Assembly (NCBI GenBank): GCA_030295235.1
Contig: AP026128.1
Location: 744,001 to 808,000, forward strand
Length of the DNA stretch: 64,000 nucleotides
Source of the DNA: Fistulifera solaris
Lineage: Eukaryota
Direction: 5' to 3'
The position numbers were made by a program, and so were the translations under genes. Of the stretch, positions 21,677-32,930 are shown piece after piece (position 1 is the stretch's first letter; the number at the start of each line of letters is the position of its first letter). The notes beneath the pieces were generated by a model, which searched no databases, had not been told where the DNA came from, and worked only from the letters and a program-made list of their open reading frames with translations.

Positions 21677-24088
21677 CTACACTTGCTTATTGGCAACCAC
21701 GCATCGTCGACGTTCAATGGCTAGTTCTCCATAGCGTTTCTGCAGTTCAGACTCTCGGGCTTTCAACGCAGCGACTTCTTCCTTCAGCTTTTCAATGCGC
21801 TTGATTGCCGCTGCGGTCTCGATAGACTCGAGCAAGCCATAAACGGACTCCTCAATAGCTGCATCTTGAAACCGACCAAATGTTTCTAAGAATTCATCGG
21901 CAAACTCTTTCGACCGTTTGCTGTAACCCCCATTCATCACCTCAAGCTTGGATGCCAACTTAGCGTTCTTTTTGGCCAGAGCCTCCGTTGCGCTTTGCAA
22001 AATGTCAAACTCGCGACTAAGATTCTCAATGCATTTAGATTCCGACGATGCATCTGCGAAGTCGTGTGATAATCTGAAGTTGAAATCAGAACCTCTATTT
22101 GAATAGGCGTGCGACGTTTCCCGCTGGAGCACTTCAATGGCATCTTGACGGTTCTCCGCCTTCCCATCTCGAATAACATTCAACACGCGCTCGTCTACAA
22201 GTAACTCCGACTCTCTCTGCAAAAAGGATTTCGCTTGCTGAATTTGGCTGTCAGATAACTTTTCAAGCACAACTGGAGTTGTCGGCGGAAGCGGAGTTGG
22301 TGTTAAACCTTTCTTTTTCTTTAGTTTTGAGTCTTCCTTTTCGTGCGACTTAGCATCCATTGGGTACATATAGGCGTCGTGCTGGATCAGTCGGAGCATC
22401 TCTTCGCGCACCAAAGTCATCGCCTCGCTCTCCTGTATCGCCTGCATCACATGAGTAGTCGGTCGAGGCAAATCAGTTCGCTGCAGAACAGTGGACCGCT
22501 CTCGAAACTTTCTTTCCGCCTCTAATCGCCTTGCCTCTTGCTCTGCCGCTTCTACATCTGCCTGATCAGGCAGTGTGACGACGCCCTCCATTTCTTCTCC
22601 TTCTTCAACCGTAGTTGGTACAGCAAGCTCATATTCGTACTGCGGGGCAGGCAAAGCGGCAAGAGCAGCTTCCAGTTCCATACGTGCTTTCTTAAGCATG
22701 CGGCGTTCTTGTCTCGCTAATTCACGAATAGAATAATGACTAGTGGCAAAGGTGCCCCCACTGGCAGAAGCAGCATCACTCGGTAGATTCAACCCCAGTT
22801 CATCTCGACGCGTCAACGGAGTGGCTCCAACACCCCTGCGATCCGGCATAGCAGGAGTCGGTAAAGCTGCAAGTTTTTGATCCATGTCATCCGCGAGATC
22901 TTCGTCGTCCTCAAACTCAGTCTCCTGTCCCGGTAGCAAGGGTGTTTGCGCTTGAGATAGCTTTCTTAGCTGGCTGGCTTCCTGTACTAAGTCTCTGCGA
23001 GCAGTCGCAGGGGTTCGCATCGGAGTAGGAAGAGGACGATCCGTGTAATCACCAAGTAATGCTAATGTCGCGCCGCTTCCTGAATCAGCCACCAATGAAG
23101 CCTCTTGTTCCGCGGTGAGAACTTTGGCCATTTGTGCCAACTCTGTATCAGTCATTGTCGGCTGGGGAAGCTGGAGCATACCGCGGGGTCTGCGCTGCGA
23201 CTCTATATCTTCTTCGAGCTTCTTCGCTTGTTGCTCGTATTTGGCGTTCGTTTCCTCCAAAACACGCATACGTGCTTCTTCGCGTTTCTGAGCCGCAGCC
23301 GCGGCCTTGTCTCGTGTTCGATAGATATTCTCATTCACTTGATGAAAATTAACCGCTTTGAGACGCTTCTGTCGAAGTGCTTCACTTCGCGCAGCTTCAC
23401 TCGTAGTATCATGAAATCCCGCGGCAGCTGGTTTATAAAATGGAATTTCGGCTCCCAAATCAATATCCCTGCTCCGCTTCTTCCGCTTGGGTTGCGAACT
23501 CAACAGCCCGGCTTGTTTGAGCTCTCGTCGTTTCTGTAGATCAGCAAGGCGCTTTGCTTGTGCTAGCATCCTTTCACGCTCTTTGCGCTTGGCCTTTTTA
23601 CCCTGCGTGTTCGCCAGCCTCGCGCGTGCTTCTTGGAGCATTTCCATTTCATCTTCATCCATGTCAATCGGATCCGGACGCGCAGGCTTTGTCTCGGGAT
23701 GCGAATCAATCTGACCAGGACGTAATTGCTGTTGCTGACGGACATCTGCGGCACTATTACCCGTCGCAGCTTGGTCTAACAACTCTTCGTAGTGCTCCTG
23801 ACACTGCGTAGCCGTTCTCCCCACCAGCGGAGCAATTGTTTTCCATTGTGCAGGCATCAACTTTGCCAAATGCAACAACTTTTCATCTTCCGTGCGCGTC
23901 CATTCCGTCTTCTTTATACTAGGATCAAGCCACTCGTGCCAGCGTGCTTTTGCTTGCTTCGCTGTCTTGCGATTGAGAAGAGACGCAACTCGCGCCCATT
24001 GCTGCTTTCCGTACTTTTGCACAGCTGCTTTGAGAATTTCATCCTCGCTGTTCTTCCAAACACCTCCTTTGAGCTGTACTCGGACCAT
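21677..24088 (-). CDS. CDC5: Pre-mRNA splicing factor CDC5/CEF1 (Myb repeats)
   Basis: KGGVWKNSEDEILKAAVQKYG...WARVASLL...WHEWLDPSIKKTEW and ETKPARPDPIDMDEDE. Confidence 0.96.
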   Translation of the reverse strand: MVRVQLKGGVWKNSEDEILKAAVQKYGKQQWARVASLLNRKTAKQAKARWHEWLDPSIKKTEWTRTEDEKLLHLAKLMPAQWKTIAPLVGRTATQCQEHYEELLDQAATGNSAADVRQQQQLRPGQIDSHPETKPARPDPIDMDEDEMEMLQEARARLANTQGKKAKRKERERMLAQAKRLADLQKRRELKQAGLLSSQPKRKKRSRDIDLGAEIPFYKPAAAGFHDTTSEAARSEALRQKRLKAVNFHQVNENIYRTRDKAAAAAQKREEARMRVLEETNAKYEQQAKKLEEDIESQRRPRGMLQLPQPTMTDTELAQMAKVLTAEQEASLVADSGSGATLALLGDYTDRPLPTPMRTPATARRDLVQEASQLRKLSQAQTPLLPGQETEFEDDEDLADDMDQKLAALPTPAMPDRRGVGATPLTRRDELGLNLPSDAASASGGTFATSHYSIRELARQERRMLKKARMELEAALAALPAPQYEYELAVPTTVEEGEEMEGVVTLPDQADVEAAEQEARRLEAERKFRERSTVLQRTDLPRPTTHVMQAIQESEAMTLVREEMLRLIQHDAYMYPMDAKSHEKEDSKLKKKKGLTPTPLPPTTPVVLEKLSDSQIQQAKSFLQRESELLVDERVLNVIRDGKAENRQDAIEVLQRETSHAYSNRGSDFNFRLSHDFADASSESKCIENLSREFDILQSATEALAKKNAKLASKLEVMNGGYSKRSKEFADEFLETFGRFQDAAIEESVYGLLESIETAAAIKRIEKLKEEVAALKARESELQKRYGELAIERRRCVVANKQV

Positions 24089-24862
24089 CTTTTTAAGCCA
24101 AAGTTAAACCAAATGCAAACCGATCTTATTGTAATCAAAGGGAACGATGGAAATGAAACATGCAAAATGCAACATAGAACACAACACAATACTCCGCGAC
24201 AAGGAAATGCTCCGCGATCCGCGATGCTGCTTTTGCCGTCGCGGACAGACGGTTATGAATACCACAAAGACACGCTACCTATACAAGTACTGTACTACGT
24301 AGTGACTACAGTATTGTGTGTGACCAGTAATCACTATAAGCCAAAGTGTAGACGACCTTTTCTGCGACTGAATTTCAGTCATGAGCCGTGAGAAATACTT
24401 TTACTGGTACGGTACCCTATTGAAAGGAAAGTCCATGTGACTGTCTTTCTTCCCCCGCTATCACATTATCCAAAGCTTTTTCATGGAACACTGAGCGTAC
24501 CACATTTTGGAATGTTGGTTGAGGAGGTCGTCCGTAGCAATAGTTTTATAAGGGCAAAAACCAGACGCTCATGAAATCGGGATGAAATAACGACACGTGG
24601 AACAGAATTACTCTCCCTTTTATTGTGCAGGGGCGTATCGTACCGGCGAAAATGTACGTCATCATCACTTTCCCGGACTTTCCCGTGCTTTCCTCGTCCC
24701 CGCCGCCGTTTTTTGCTTCTCGCGGCTTCTCTTCCTCTCGTCGCGCAAGATCCATGCAGCCACACAATAATAAAAAAAAAATCGATTTCCGCTGTGTTGT
24801 TTATAGTAAAAGCGACAAGTAACCTTTCTTTTAATCTTTTCAAGGTTTCATTAACTTATACA

Positions 24863-25302
24863 ATGTTCCGATCGAGTGTAAGTGTTCTGATTACGAAATC
24901 CAGCCGAGTTATATTTTCGTTCTTTTTTGTCGTTGCGATGAATACTCCGAGCCGTGTAATGAACTTGTGATCGATGGAGATCTAACATTTCAAATTTTGT
25001 TTTTAGGCACTTCTTCGTTCATTGGCCCCATTGGGAGACCGTGTCCTCGTTCGAAGGGCAGCAAAGAGACACAGACTGCCTCAGGTATCTTTTTGCCGGC
25101 GGACAAAACGAAAGATCCAAATGAGGGAACTGTAGTCGCCGTCGGTCCGGGTGAAAAAGACGTGACGGGCGCCATGCACCCCACGACGTTGAAATCTGGC
25201 GATATGGTCCTTCTTCCTGAATATGGTGGCCACAAAGTCAAGATCGACGACGAGGAATTGTTTCTTTTCCGCGAGTCGGACATTTTGGGAAAATTTGAGT
25301 GA
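24863..25302 (+). CDS. HSP10: Mitochondrial co-chaperonin Hsp10 (GroES/Cpn10)
   Basis: ATG at 24863, intron at 24878-25006, then LAPLGDRVLV. After one shift: TASGIFLP...VVAVGPG...VLLPEYGG...LFRESDILG. Confidence 0.92.
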
Positions 25303-25395
25303 TTTGCTGATTGCTCGCCCTAGTTCCTTATTAGAATGTTTAAACAAATGAAAAAATCTTAGCTTAGAAAAACTTAGTTCTTCATGTCTTATCAT

Positions 25396-26909
25396 CTATT
25401 GGTAGTAAATTGGCTCGTCTTCAGCTTGGCTATCTTGAAAATCGGGACCCCTTCTTTCTTCAAACCCGTCGGTTTGCCATTCGGTACGCCGAATTCTACT
25501 TCTCTGTTGATCTGGACTATTGTCGGTCGCCCTTCTTCCCTGTTGACCTTTCCATTCTCTTTCTCGGTCATTCGAGAAGTCGTCAGCCCTTCCGATGCCT
25601 CCTCTGTCACGTCGACCTCTTCCTGTGCCGCGATCACCGTCTTGCCACGGCTCACCTTTTCGGCCTGATGGAAAGCGTTCTCTGTAAGACCTACTTCCTC
25701 TATCAAATCTATCCATATTTTCGTCGGCAGCGGGTCGTCTTCTCCTGGAGCGGTCGCTTCGAGGTTCGTCGTCCTCCGTAGTAGATCCGTTCTGTTGATT
25801 CATTGCCCTTACAATCACTTGTTGATAAAACAGGGTAACACCGGCAGTGACACGATCTCGTATACGATGCTGGCGATCCAAGAACATGAGTCGGTCGAAA
25901 AGACGCACGGCGAAGACCGTCAGCTGCTGCCGCAATCGCAACTCCATTGTCACCTCCCAAAGTTCTTGCAGCAATCCAACTACACGCATACCGGCGGTGC
26001 GCACAAGATCTCCCAAAGCAGACGGCTGAGTTGCCAAGTAAGCAAAGAAGCCCGCGCCCAGTAATCCTCCCAGCCACTTTGGGACCAATGGAACGTTGCC
26101 ACCAACTGTGCTACCGACAATGGCAATGGATATTAAAGTGTACATCATGTTGAAGGAGGAAGCATTCGGAGAGGGTTGATAATTCCATGGGTTGCTCGTT
26201 GGAGGATAAGGGCGACGAGGACCAGCGCGTAGACACGCCTTGACGTGTCGCCACGTTGGATATTCTTTCCATACCCTGCGGGATCTTTGCATGGTCCACA
26301 GCATCGCCAAAGCTAGAGAGCGGACGCAGTCCCCAAATGCTCCACGGAGCAAGTAGCCGATTGTAAAAGCCAGTGCACCAGGATGCCACCAACCGTGTAA
26401 GAGAAATGCACTCAACAATGCGCCCGTGGAAAAGCACTCGCAAACAATAATAATCGGCCGCGAAATGTGGATTGAAATAACGTCACCGGGTCTCGTCGTG
26501 CTGATGCGTATTCAGGAACTTTCCCCTCTTTTGACTCGCTGTATTCACCGAAAGCTCCTAAATTACCGTCTTCTTCGAGGCGAACCTCGGGACCCGAAGC
26601 TTTAGATCGGAAATTGTAATGTATTGGAGTTCTTGCAGTAAAAGCAGACGCAGATTGTTGTGATGGAGGCGGTGGCGGTGGGGGCGGTCTATTGCTTCGA
26701 CCTTCTGGTGAATCATTCTGCCAGCGAGCGTTATAGTCATCGCTAGGATGGTATGGGTCGCCATTCGTTGGATACGATGCGGAGGCACCATCGCAACATG
26801 CAATGATGAGAAGGGACACGAGGAGAATGCACGCCGCAGTCGACTTTCGTCTTGTTCTCATTACCATTAGCGAATTGGCTCTAGCACTAACACTTCTGTT
26901 CGAATACAT
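25396..26909 (-). CDS. Hypothetical membrane protein with a signal-like N-terminus and several hydrophobic segments
   Basis: ORFs 26412..26909 and 25396..26418 abut across one frameshift. Hydrophobic helices and a charged low-complexity tail. Confidence 0.6.
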
Positions 26910-27029
26910 CCTTTGGATGATCTGAATAAAAGGGGAGCACTTTATTGTTGGTTCATAGCCTGAAATGGCAAGAAGTAATGAATGGTTACGCGGTTGGAGA
27001 ACGACAACAACAAATGGCTCGAGGCTTCA

Positions 27030-27382
27030 TTTTTCCTTTACAATCCCCTTGCAAAACGTTACGGATTTTATTTAATAGAGCGACATCCAAAGTGATAGAT
27101 CATAATTAGTCATCTAAAACCATTACCAGAGTATGGCTGTTTGTGTAGTCTGAAACCCTTAAAGGTCAACTGATTTCATTCGATCCATTAAGGTTATCTG
27201 ACTTAAAAGTTGAATAACCTTAATTAGATCGATCGTCATGAGTGTACCCTTATGGATTTCAGTGTACAGAACGAACGATAGTCAAAAAGCGGTTTTTGAT
27301 TGCTAACTACAATCCATAACGTTTTGTGTCGTTTCACTAAGTAAAATCCGTAAGATTTTGCAAGGGGATTGTAAGGAAAAAA
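27030..27382. mobile_element. Foldback MITE-like element, copy 1 (copy 2 at 56547-56900)
   Basis: Ends tttttcctttacaatccccttgcaaaacgttacggatttta / taaaatccgtaagattttgcaaggggattgtaaggaaaaaa, with an internal imperfect palindrome. Confidence 0.85.
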
Positions 27383-27956
27383 TCACGAAAGATGTTGTTC
27401 TTATTGGGCAGAAGAACCTTTTTTCATTGCATGTTATCTGTTAAGCTACAAAATGCATCGACCACAAGAGTTTCAAAATGTACAGGAGGGACTGTTACTT
27501 GTGCGGAAACGATGCTGTTACTTCAAAGGGATGAAAAATTTTGCATCAAGTTGCAAGTTGCAATAATTCGAGGCTTAATGCCGTCATGAGGAAATTTTTG
27601 TATCGTTTTCACTGCGTGGAAATGAGCGTCTCTCCGTGCATTCGAGGCAAAGAACCGTTTCGAGAGTGTCATCAGGAGCCTGTAAAATTGAATGCTTCGA
27701 CAGGCTGTCGACTTCACATATTCCTTCAGCCGAGCAATCAGAGACTCATCTCTGTCATTCAATTCTCCTGAAACAAGCTTTTCAAACTATGAGTTCCATC
27801 ATCCCGTTGACAGAAAGGAAAGAGAAATAGTGAAACGGAGAAAGTGACGCTTTTGCGTGGTGGAGTTGCAAGAAAATGGGCACAAAATCAAAACCGACAA
27901 GAGAAAATTCCAAAGAATAGTCGAAGAAATAACATAGCATGCAAGGTTTTACTTTT

Positions 27957-30233
27957 TTAATAATCGAAGCTGTCTCTTCTAGGGACCATTCGGTTGATGG
28001 CGACATCGCAATCGTGAGTGAGGGGCGGGGATAGACCGCCGTAAAAGAAATCGATACACACCACGACATCCTCCAGGTCACTTTCTTCAATGTAAATGCT
28101 CGGATTCGGCAGCATTCTGACTAGTTGATGATACGGTTTACCACTAGTCGAGATCGACCAGCCTGCTTTCGGAAAGTCATACTCGATCCAAAAGACGACA
28201 GCATCAACTCGTCCCGTTCTTTTGAATTGTTCCATGGCGCCAACACGCACGCCATCAAAGGGTGTGTTCGCTCCCATTTCAAATGAATCCATTAGAAAAT
28301 CATCGGTGAGCTTCTTGTGTTCGAACTGCCAGAACAAGGGTAACGATACATCGTAGCGGGTGAAGTCTCCTGCAATCGAATTTAGGTGTGAATGGTCCAA
28401 ACCGAGAATGGATTCGTCTTCGTCGCCGCATCGAGAATAGGCAGATCTGAGTTGTTCGCTTTCAATGACACACGCCATTATACGGAAGGAAGATGGTAGA
28501 AATAAGGTTTGATCCGAAATCATGTTCTTTCGTCGCAGCGAACGGCATTTGTAATAAAAGTTCAAGCTTTCCTGTAAATGCCACCCTTCAAACATATGGT
28601 AGTAGTCGGCAATAATGATGTCAGGGGGTTGACCCCACAAATCGCCTACGGTCAAATTTTCCAAACGACTGGGAATGACGTCAAATTTAGCACTAACGCC
28701 GTCGCTGGTCAACGGAAGTCCATTACCACATTGTGCGATGCGTGCTGCCATCATTGCAAGGTTCTCCGAATTGCTCTCAACAGAGATGACATTGGTTGCT
28801 CCCAATAAAGCCGCCAAGCATGCACCCCATCCTCCATCCGAGATGTCAAGAATTCTCGCAGCTTTACCGTTCGGGTGTGCCGCAAGAGAATACTCCAAAG
28901 CAGTCTGAAAGACGTTGAGGCGAGTGTTGTCGTTTAGCTGGTAGGCACGAAGGGGAGAAATCAGCGCAGAGTCTCTATCGTCCTTCATTCCAGATTCTGC
29001 TAGTTCACCCTTCCATATCGCCTCGACGAAGATTCTTTCATCGTTGTGAGAGAATTCTAAGGAGATTGTATCTTGAGGCATTGCATCCATTTCGATCCCA
29101 TCCGGCAACAGTTGTAGGCATTGATGCCAGTGGTCTTGGAACGGCTGTTTCCCCGGCTCGCACGAATACGTGATATCTTCCCAGAGGTCTAGCTCCCACC
29201 ACAAAAGTACGCCAGTTACTTTTCCTTTTGTTTTCACCGAGAAAGCAGTAGACTGTCGACGACCGTCAATACCAACCATCGCAGCGTCTCGACTGGCAAA
29301 ATCGAACGCAAATACAGGAACAGCATCCGAGAGACTGATCAACTCATTTGTTTCGAAGAGCTGTTTTGCGTGAACAGGTAATTGTACGCATCGTGCATCG
29401 AGGAGCGGATTCGATCCGCTCGAATCCATGCTCCAACGTAGCGGCTGACAATTGCCGAACGACTTCGCAATTTTATCATTGTGTGGCCCATAGAAATCTT
29501 TCAGCCAGTTTTGCCCTCCCTCTTTGCAACTAACAAGTTGCGCGTAGACTCGAGCCCGCTGGGGAATCATGATGGCATCATCTTGCAAGTGTCGGTTCCA
29601 TGCATCTCGCACGGCAGGAAGAATGCCTTCTCCCAGCAAACCACTTTCTAAAAGCTCCGATACGCACAAGTCTGCCTTGGGAGATAAAGCCGGAAGCTCG
29701 CATGAGTGACCTTCCACCACAGTTATGACATCGGATAAGTTATTGTCTTGAATCGTTTGTTTTGCCACACTGGCCATCTCTTCGTCCATTTCGATAGCAA
29801 TTACTTCCACTTTGCACGTTTTCAGAGTCTCCTGAAAGGATCTGGCAGCCAACATGCCCAGCAAACCCGTGCCACAACCAATGTCGAGTACACGACACGT
29901 GCAATTGATGGCTTCGCTTTCCTTACATACTCGTTCTTTCAACTTCTCCACCGCGCTTTGTATCGCCTTTTGATACATTTCGTTTCGGGCGACATCATTC
30001 AGCATGGGAAAGACCCATCGCTTGGTTCGAAAGAATTGAGTGGTGGGGTTCATGGAGTACTTTCCTCCCATCAAATTTTTCCATTCAATTCCTCCATGCT
30101 TCTCATCCAAACAAGCCAACAAGACAATGTCGTTTTTGTTGCCGTGCTCATCGGTAGTGCTCATCCGAACAAATTCATTGTATCGAGCCGCTTCAAGAGC
30201 TTTCGCTAGATCTTCGGGTATTTCCTCACTCAT
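27957..30233 (-). CDS. PRMT7: Protein arginine N-methyltransferase 7-like (tandem methyltransferase domains)
   Basis: MLNDVARN, VLDIGCGTGLL, VSELLESGLLGEG and DHWHQC, followed by a second degenerate MTase domain. Confidence 0.85.
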   Translation of the reverse strand: MSEEIPEDLAKALEAARYNEFVRMSTTDEHGNKNDIVLLACLDEKHGGIEWKNLMGGKYSMNPTTQFFRTKRWVFPMLNDVARNEMYQKAIQSAVEKLKERVCKESEAINCTCRVLDIGCGTGLLGMLAARSFQETLKTCKVEVIAIEMDEEMASVAKQTIQDNNLSDVITVVEGHSCELPALSPKADLCVSELLESGLLGEGILPAVRDAWNRHLQDDAIMIPQRARVYAQLVSCKEGGQNWLKDFYGPHNDKIAKSFGNCQPLRWSMDSSGSNPLLDARCVQLPVHAKQLFETNELISLSDAVPVFAFDFASRDAAMVGIDGRRQSTAFSVKTKGKVTGVLLWWELDLWEDITYSCEPGKQPFQDHWHQCLQLLPDGIEMDAMPQDTISLEFSHNDERIFVEAIWKGELAESGMKDDRDSALISPLRAYQLNDNTRLNVFQTALEYSLAAHPNGKAARILDISDGGWGACLAALLGATNVISVESNSENLAMMAARIAQCGNGLPLTSDGVSAKFDVIPSRLENLTVGDLWGQPPDIIIADYYHMFEGWHLQESLNFYYKCRSLRRKNMISDQTLFLPSSFRIMACVIESEQLRSAYSRCGDEDESILGLDHSHLNSIAGDFTRYDVSLPLFWQFEHKKLTDDFLMDSFEMGANTPFDGVRVGAMEQFKRTGRVDAVVFWIEYDFPKAGWSISTSGKPYHQLVRMLPNPSIYIEESDLEDVVVCIDFFYGGLSPPLTHDCDVAINRMVPRRDSFDY

Positions 30234-30705
30234 GTTACGTTTTACTCCGTCTTACAGATGATTTACCATTGTAATTATAACTTTACTTCGGATCCTTCGA
30301 AGATTTCATAACATAAAAAGGCGTCGAAAGGATCTCATTTTTTTGGCGGGAAAGTATTACGGAGTACTCTATTATAACCTTAAGCGACACACCGTTCACC
30401 GCAACCGCAATGCAAAATGCAAATGCGGTTGTCGTCGTTTCTTAGGGGGACCCCTTGGCCCATCGTAAGTGATCCCCCGAGGAACGAGAACGATAGACCC
30501 CGGCGATAACATGTAATTCTCCCCACAGGGTTAGACGCCAAAGGTGGCTATGAACCTATTTCTCAAAAGAAAAAGAAATTGCAGAAGGCACAAACGCACT
30601 AATATCGAGAGCGCTGCTTTTCGATCATTTACTGATCCAAACGAGAGAGAACCGAGATTAAGGAACAGATAAAAGACAACACTATCATTACCACTCTAGC
30701 CAATT

Positions 30706-31671
30706 TCATCGTTGCTGCCCTAGTAGTTGAAGCAGAGAAAGTAACGTCTGAGTCTCCGGAGCTTGGTTTTGATTCATTCGTAGCCGATTGCGGAGAAGCA
30801 AGTCAGTAAGATGTTGAACGCGCTGTAGCTCCTCTAATAATTCCGCTACGGACAGGTTTTGTGGGACAGGGGTATGTAAGGAGAGCAGGAAGGGAAGCAA
30901 CTGAATCAAGTCATTTGTATTCGTCCCTCCCGCGGACGCCTGCAGTAACTGCTGTAGCTGCAAAGCTAAATTGGCGCTGGCATCCGACGAAGGAGGAGGC
31001 GCCTGACCAGTCTGCTCACGGGAAACTTCGGGTTGTTGCTGGGGTAAATACGGGTCGACGGTCGGTTTGGATGATGTAGTGCGTGCCGGTCGTTCCGACG
31101 GCGCCAGTCTTTCGTCTGCCGCTTCACGAATTAGTTTTTCACTGTATTCTTCCATTTCTTTCTTGTACCGTGCTCTGTCCTTCTCTGCAGCCTCTTCATA
31201 CTTCTGCTTCTGATCTTCTGAAAGCGCTTTCCACCTCGTTCCTATAGCTGCACTCATTCCTGATGAGCGAATTTGATTTGTTGAGCAAGGAGAGCGCAGC
31301 CACGAGTAGACACAATAGAATAACAAATCTCAGTACACTTCATTCTCACCTAGAAATGGATTTTGTCCTTCAAAATCCTTGTCATCGTGGTTTTCTTCCA
31401 ACCACTTGACACGCTCTTCTTTGAAAAAGAAATTGTACGCGGAAAGAGGACGCGATGGATAGCCATCGGGCTTTTTTGCCTTTTTTCGCTTCTTCTGCTT
31501 GTTGGCGGCTTCGCCGTCGTCACGGGGTCGTTTTCCGTCGTGATCCGAGTCATGATCCGAATCGGGATGATCTTCTTGGCCCGACGACGATGATACAGAG
31601 GAGGAACCGTCAGCGGCGGCGGCTCTATTCTCCAACGACGTCGACTTTTCGTTGTCTTCGTTCAATGTCAT
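30706..31671 (-). CDS. HMG-box DNA-binding protein
   Basis: PSRPLSAYNFFFKEER, intron at 31260-31349, then MSAAIGTRWKALSEDQKQKYEEAAEKDRARYKKEM. Q/L-rich tail. Confidence 0.9.
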
Positions 31672-32074
31672 CTATTGAAAGAGTTCGGTCGGTAGTTGTT
31701 TTGTAGAAGATCTTCAAAAGCCCAAGATATAATATGGATACGGATGCGAAATAAAAGACAGAAGACAGAAACAATGTCATGTTTTGCTTCTTGCGGTCTT
31801 CGATAAAAGGAACCGAACACGCTTTTTGAACGCAACCTCAAGTGCGCGTGTTTTGGCTTTCTGCTTTGATTTCAATTTGTATAAAGCTTTATGTAGGGAC
31901 CGGTACTGGCATTAGAGAGGTCTACAGTAATTTATAGAAGGTTTACGGTTTACTTCTAGAGAGTAGCGAATTACTGTACCTTACAATGACTGCATTTCTG
32001 TATCACTTGACTGTCGTCATCAACGCATGACACAAGACTTTGACACGTCATCGTCCCGTTAAATAAAGCACTCC

Positions 32075-32820
32075 CGCGCTTTTCTACGTTTTGAGCTCAT
32101 TATTTCGACGTCTATTGTCGTTATGCAATGCGCATTATCAATGTTGGTCAAGCTTACTAGGGTTCTGTACCTTTTGGGTTTTCGAACCCTTCACTTCAGA
32201 AGGGTCCGGCGGACACTCGAACCCTTCATGTACCCCTTCTCGAGAAGGGTTCAGTCCCGAGCCGAAAATGAGCGTGACTGAACTCTCAACCCTCTGTTTT
32301 TGCTCCACGTGGAAGTTTGGGCGTCAAAAGAATAGGTTATGAGTACCCCTTCACGGGAAGGGTTCGATCGGACAACCCTTCTGTGAAGGCCTTCACCCCT
32401 TCATGAAGGGTTACACCGGATGAAGGGATCAACCCGTACAGAACCCTACTTACAATAGTTCTTACGACAAAGATACCAGGTACTTTTTAATAAAAAAAAA
32501 TGATCAGATTTGATGAGATCGAGTAGCCTCATATCCGGGTTCCCCTACAGAGATAAATTTCCTACCAGGTCTACCTGAGTTTCTCGTAGACTTTGTAAGC
32601 GTTGCAACTTTCCGCTTTTCTGCGTTTTGAGCTCATTTCGACGTCTATTGCCGTTATTTAATACAAATTATCAATGTTGGTCAAGCTTACAATAGTTTTT
32701 ACGACAAAGAAACTTTAGAAAAATGATGAGATCGAGCAGCCTCATATCCGGGTTTCCCTTCTGAGATAAATTTCCTACCAAGTCTACGTGAGTTTCTCGT
32801 AGACTTTGTGTTGCAAAGCA
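32075..32820. repeat. Tandem duplication of a ~215-230 bp unit; the first copy is interrupted by a MITE
   Basis: gcttttct.cgttttgagctcat...atcaatgttggtcaagcttac occurs at ~32078 and ~32614. gatgagatcgag.agcctcatatccgggtt...gagtttctcgtagactttg occurs at ~32513 and ~32726. Confidence 0.85.
32158..32448. mobile_element. 291-bp MITE with 13-bp TIRs and a 5-bp TSD (hAT-like, possibly hAT5 type)
   Basis: TIR TAGGGTTCTGTAC / GTACAGAACCCTA. CTTAC is duplicated at 32153-32157 and 32449-32453. Many internal ACCCTTC/GAAGGGT motifs. Confidence 0.85.
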
Positions 32821-32930
32821 TTGCATTTTTCAAAACCTCCATCGCACTCCATAGCTTTGCAACATAGTTAGAAAAGGCAGAGGAATCAGTTGTTAGAAAC
32901 ACCAGAAGAACGAAACATTCGGGTGGAGCG

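Noticed and set aside
21331..21804. 157-aa + strand ORF between the cyclase and CDC5
   Set aside because: It overlaps the CDC5 3' end in antisense, spans intergenic AT-rich DNA and has no protein-like features.
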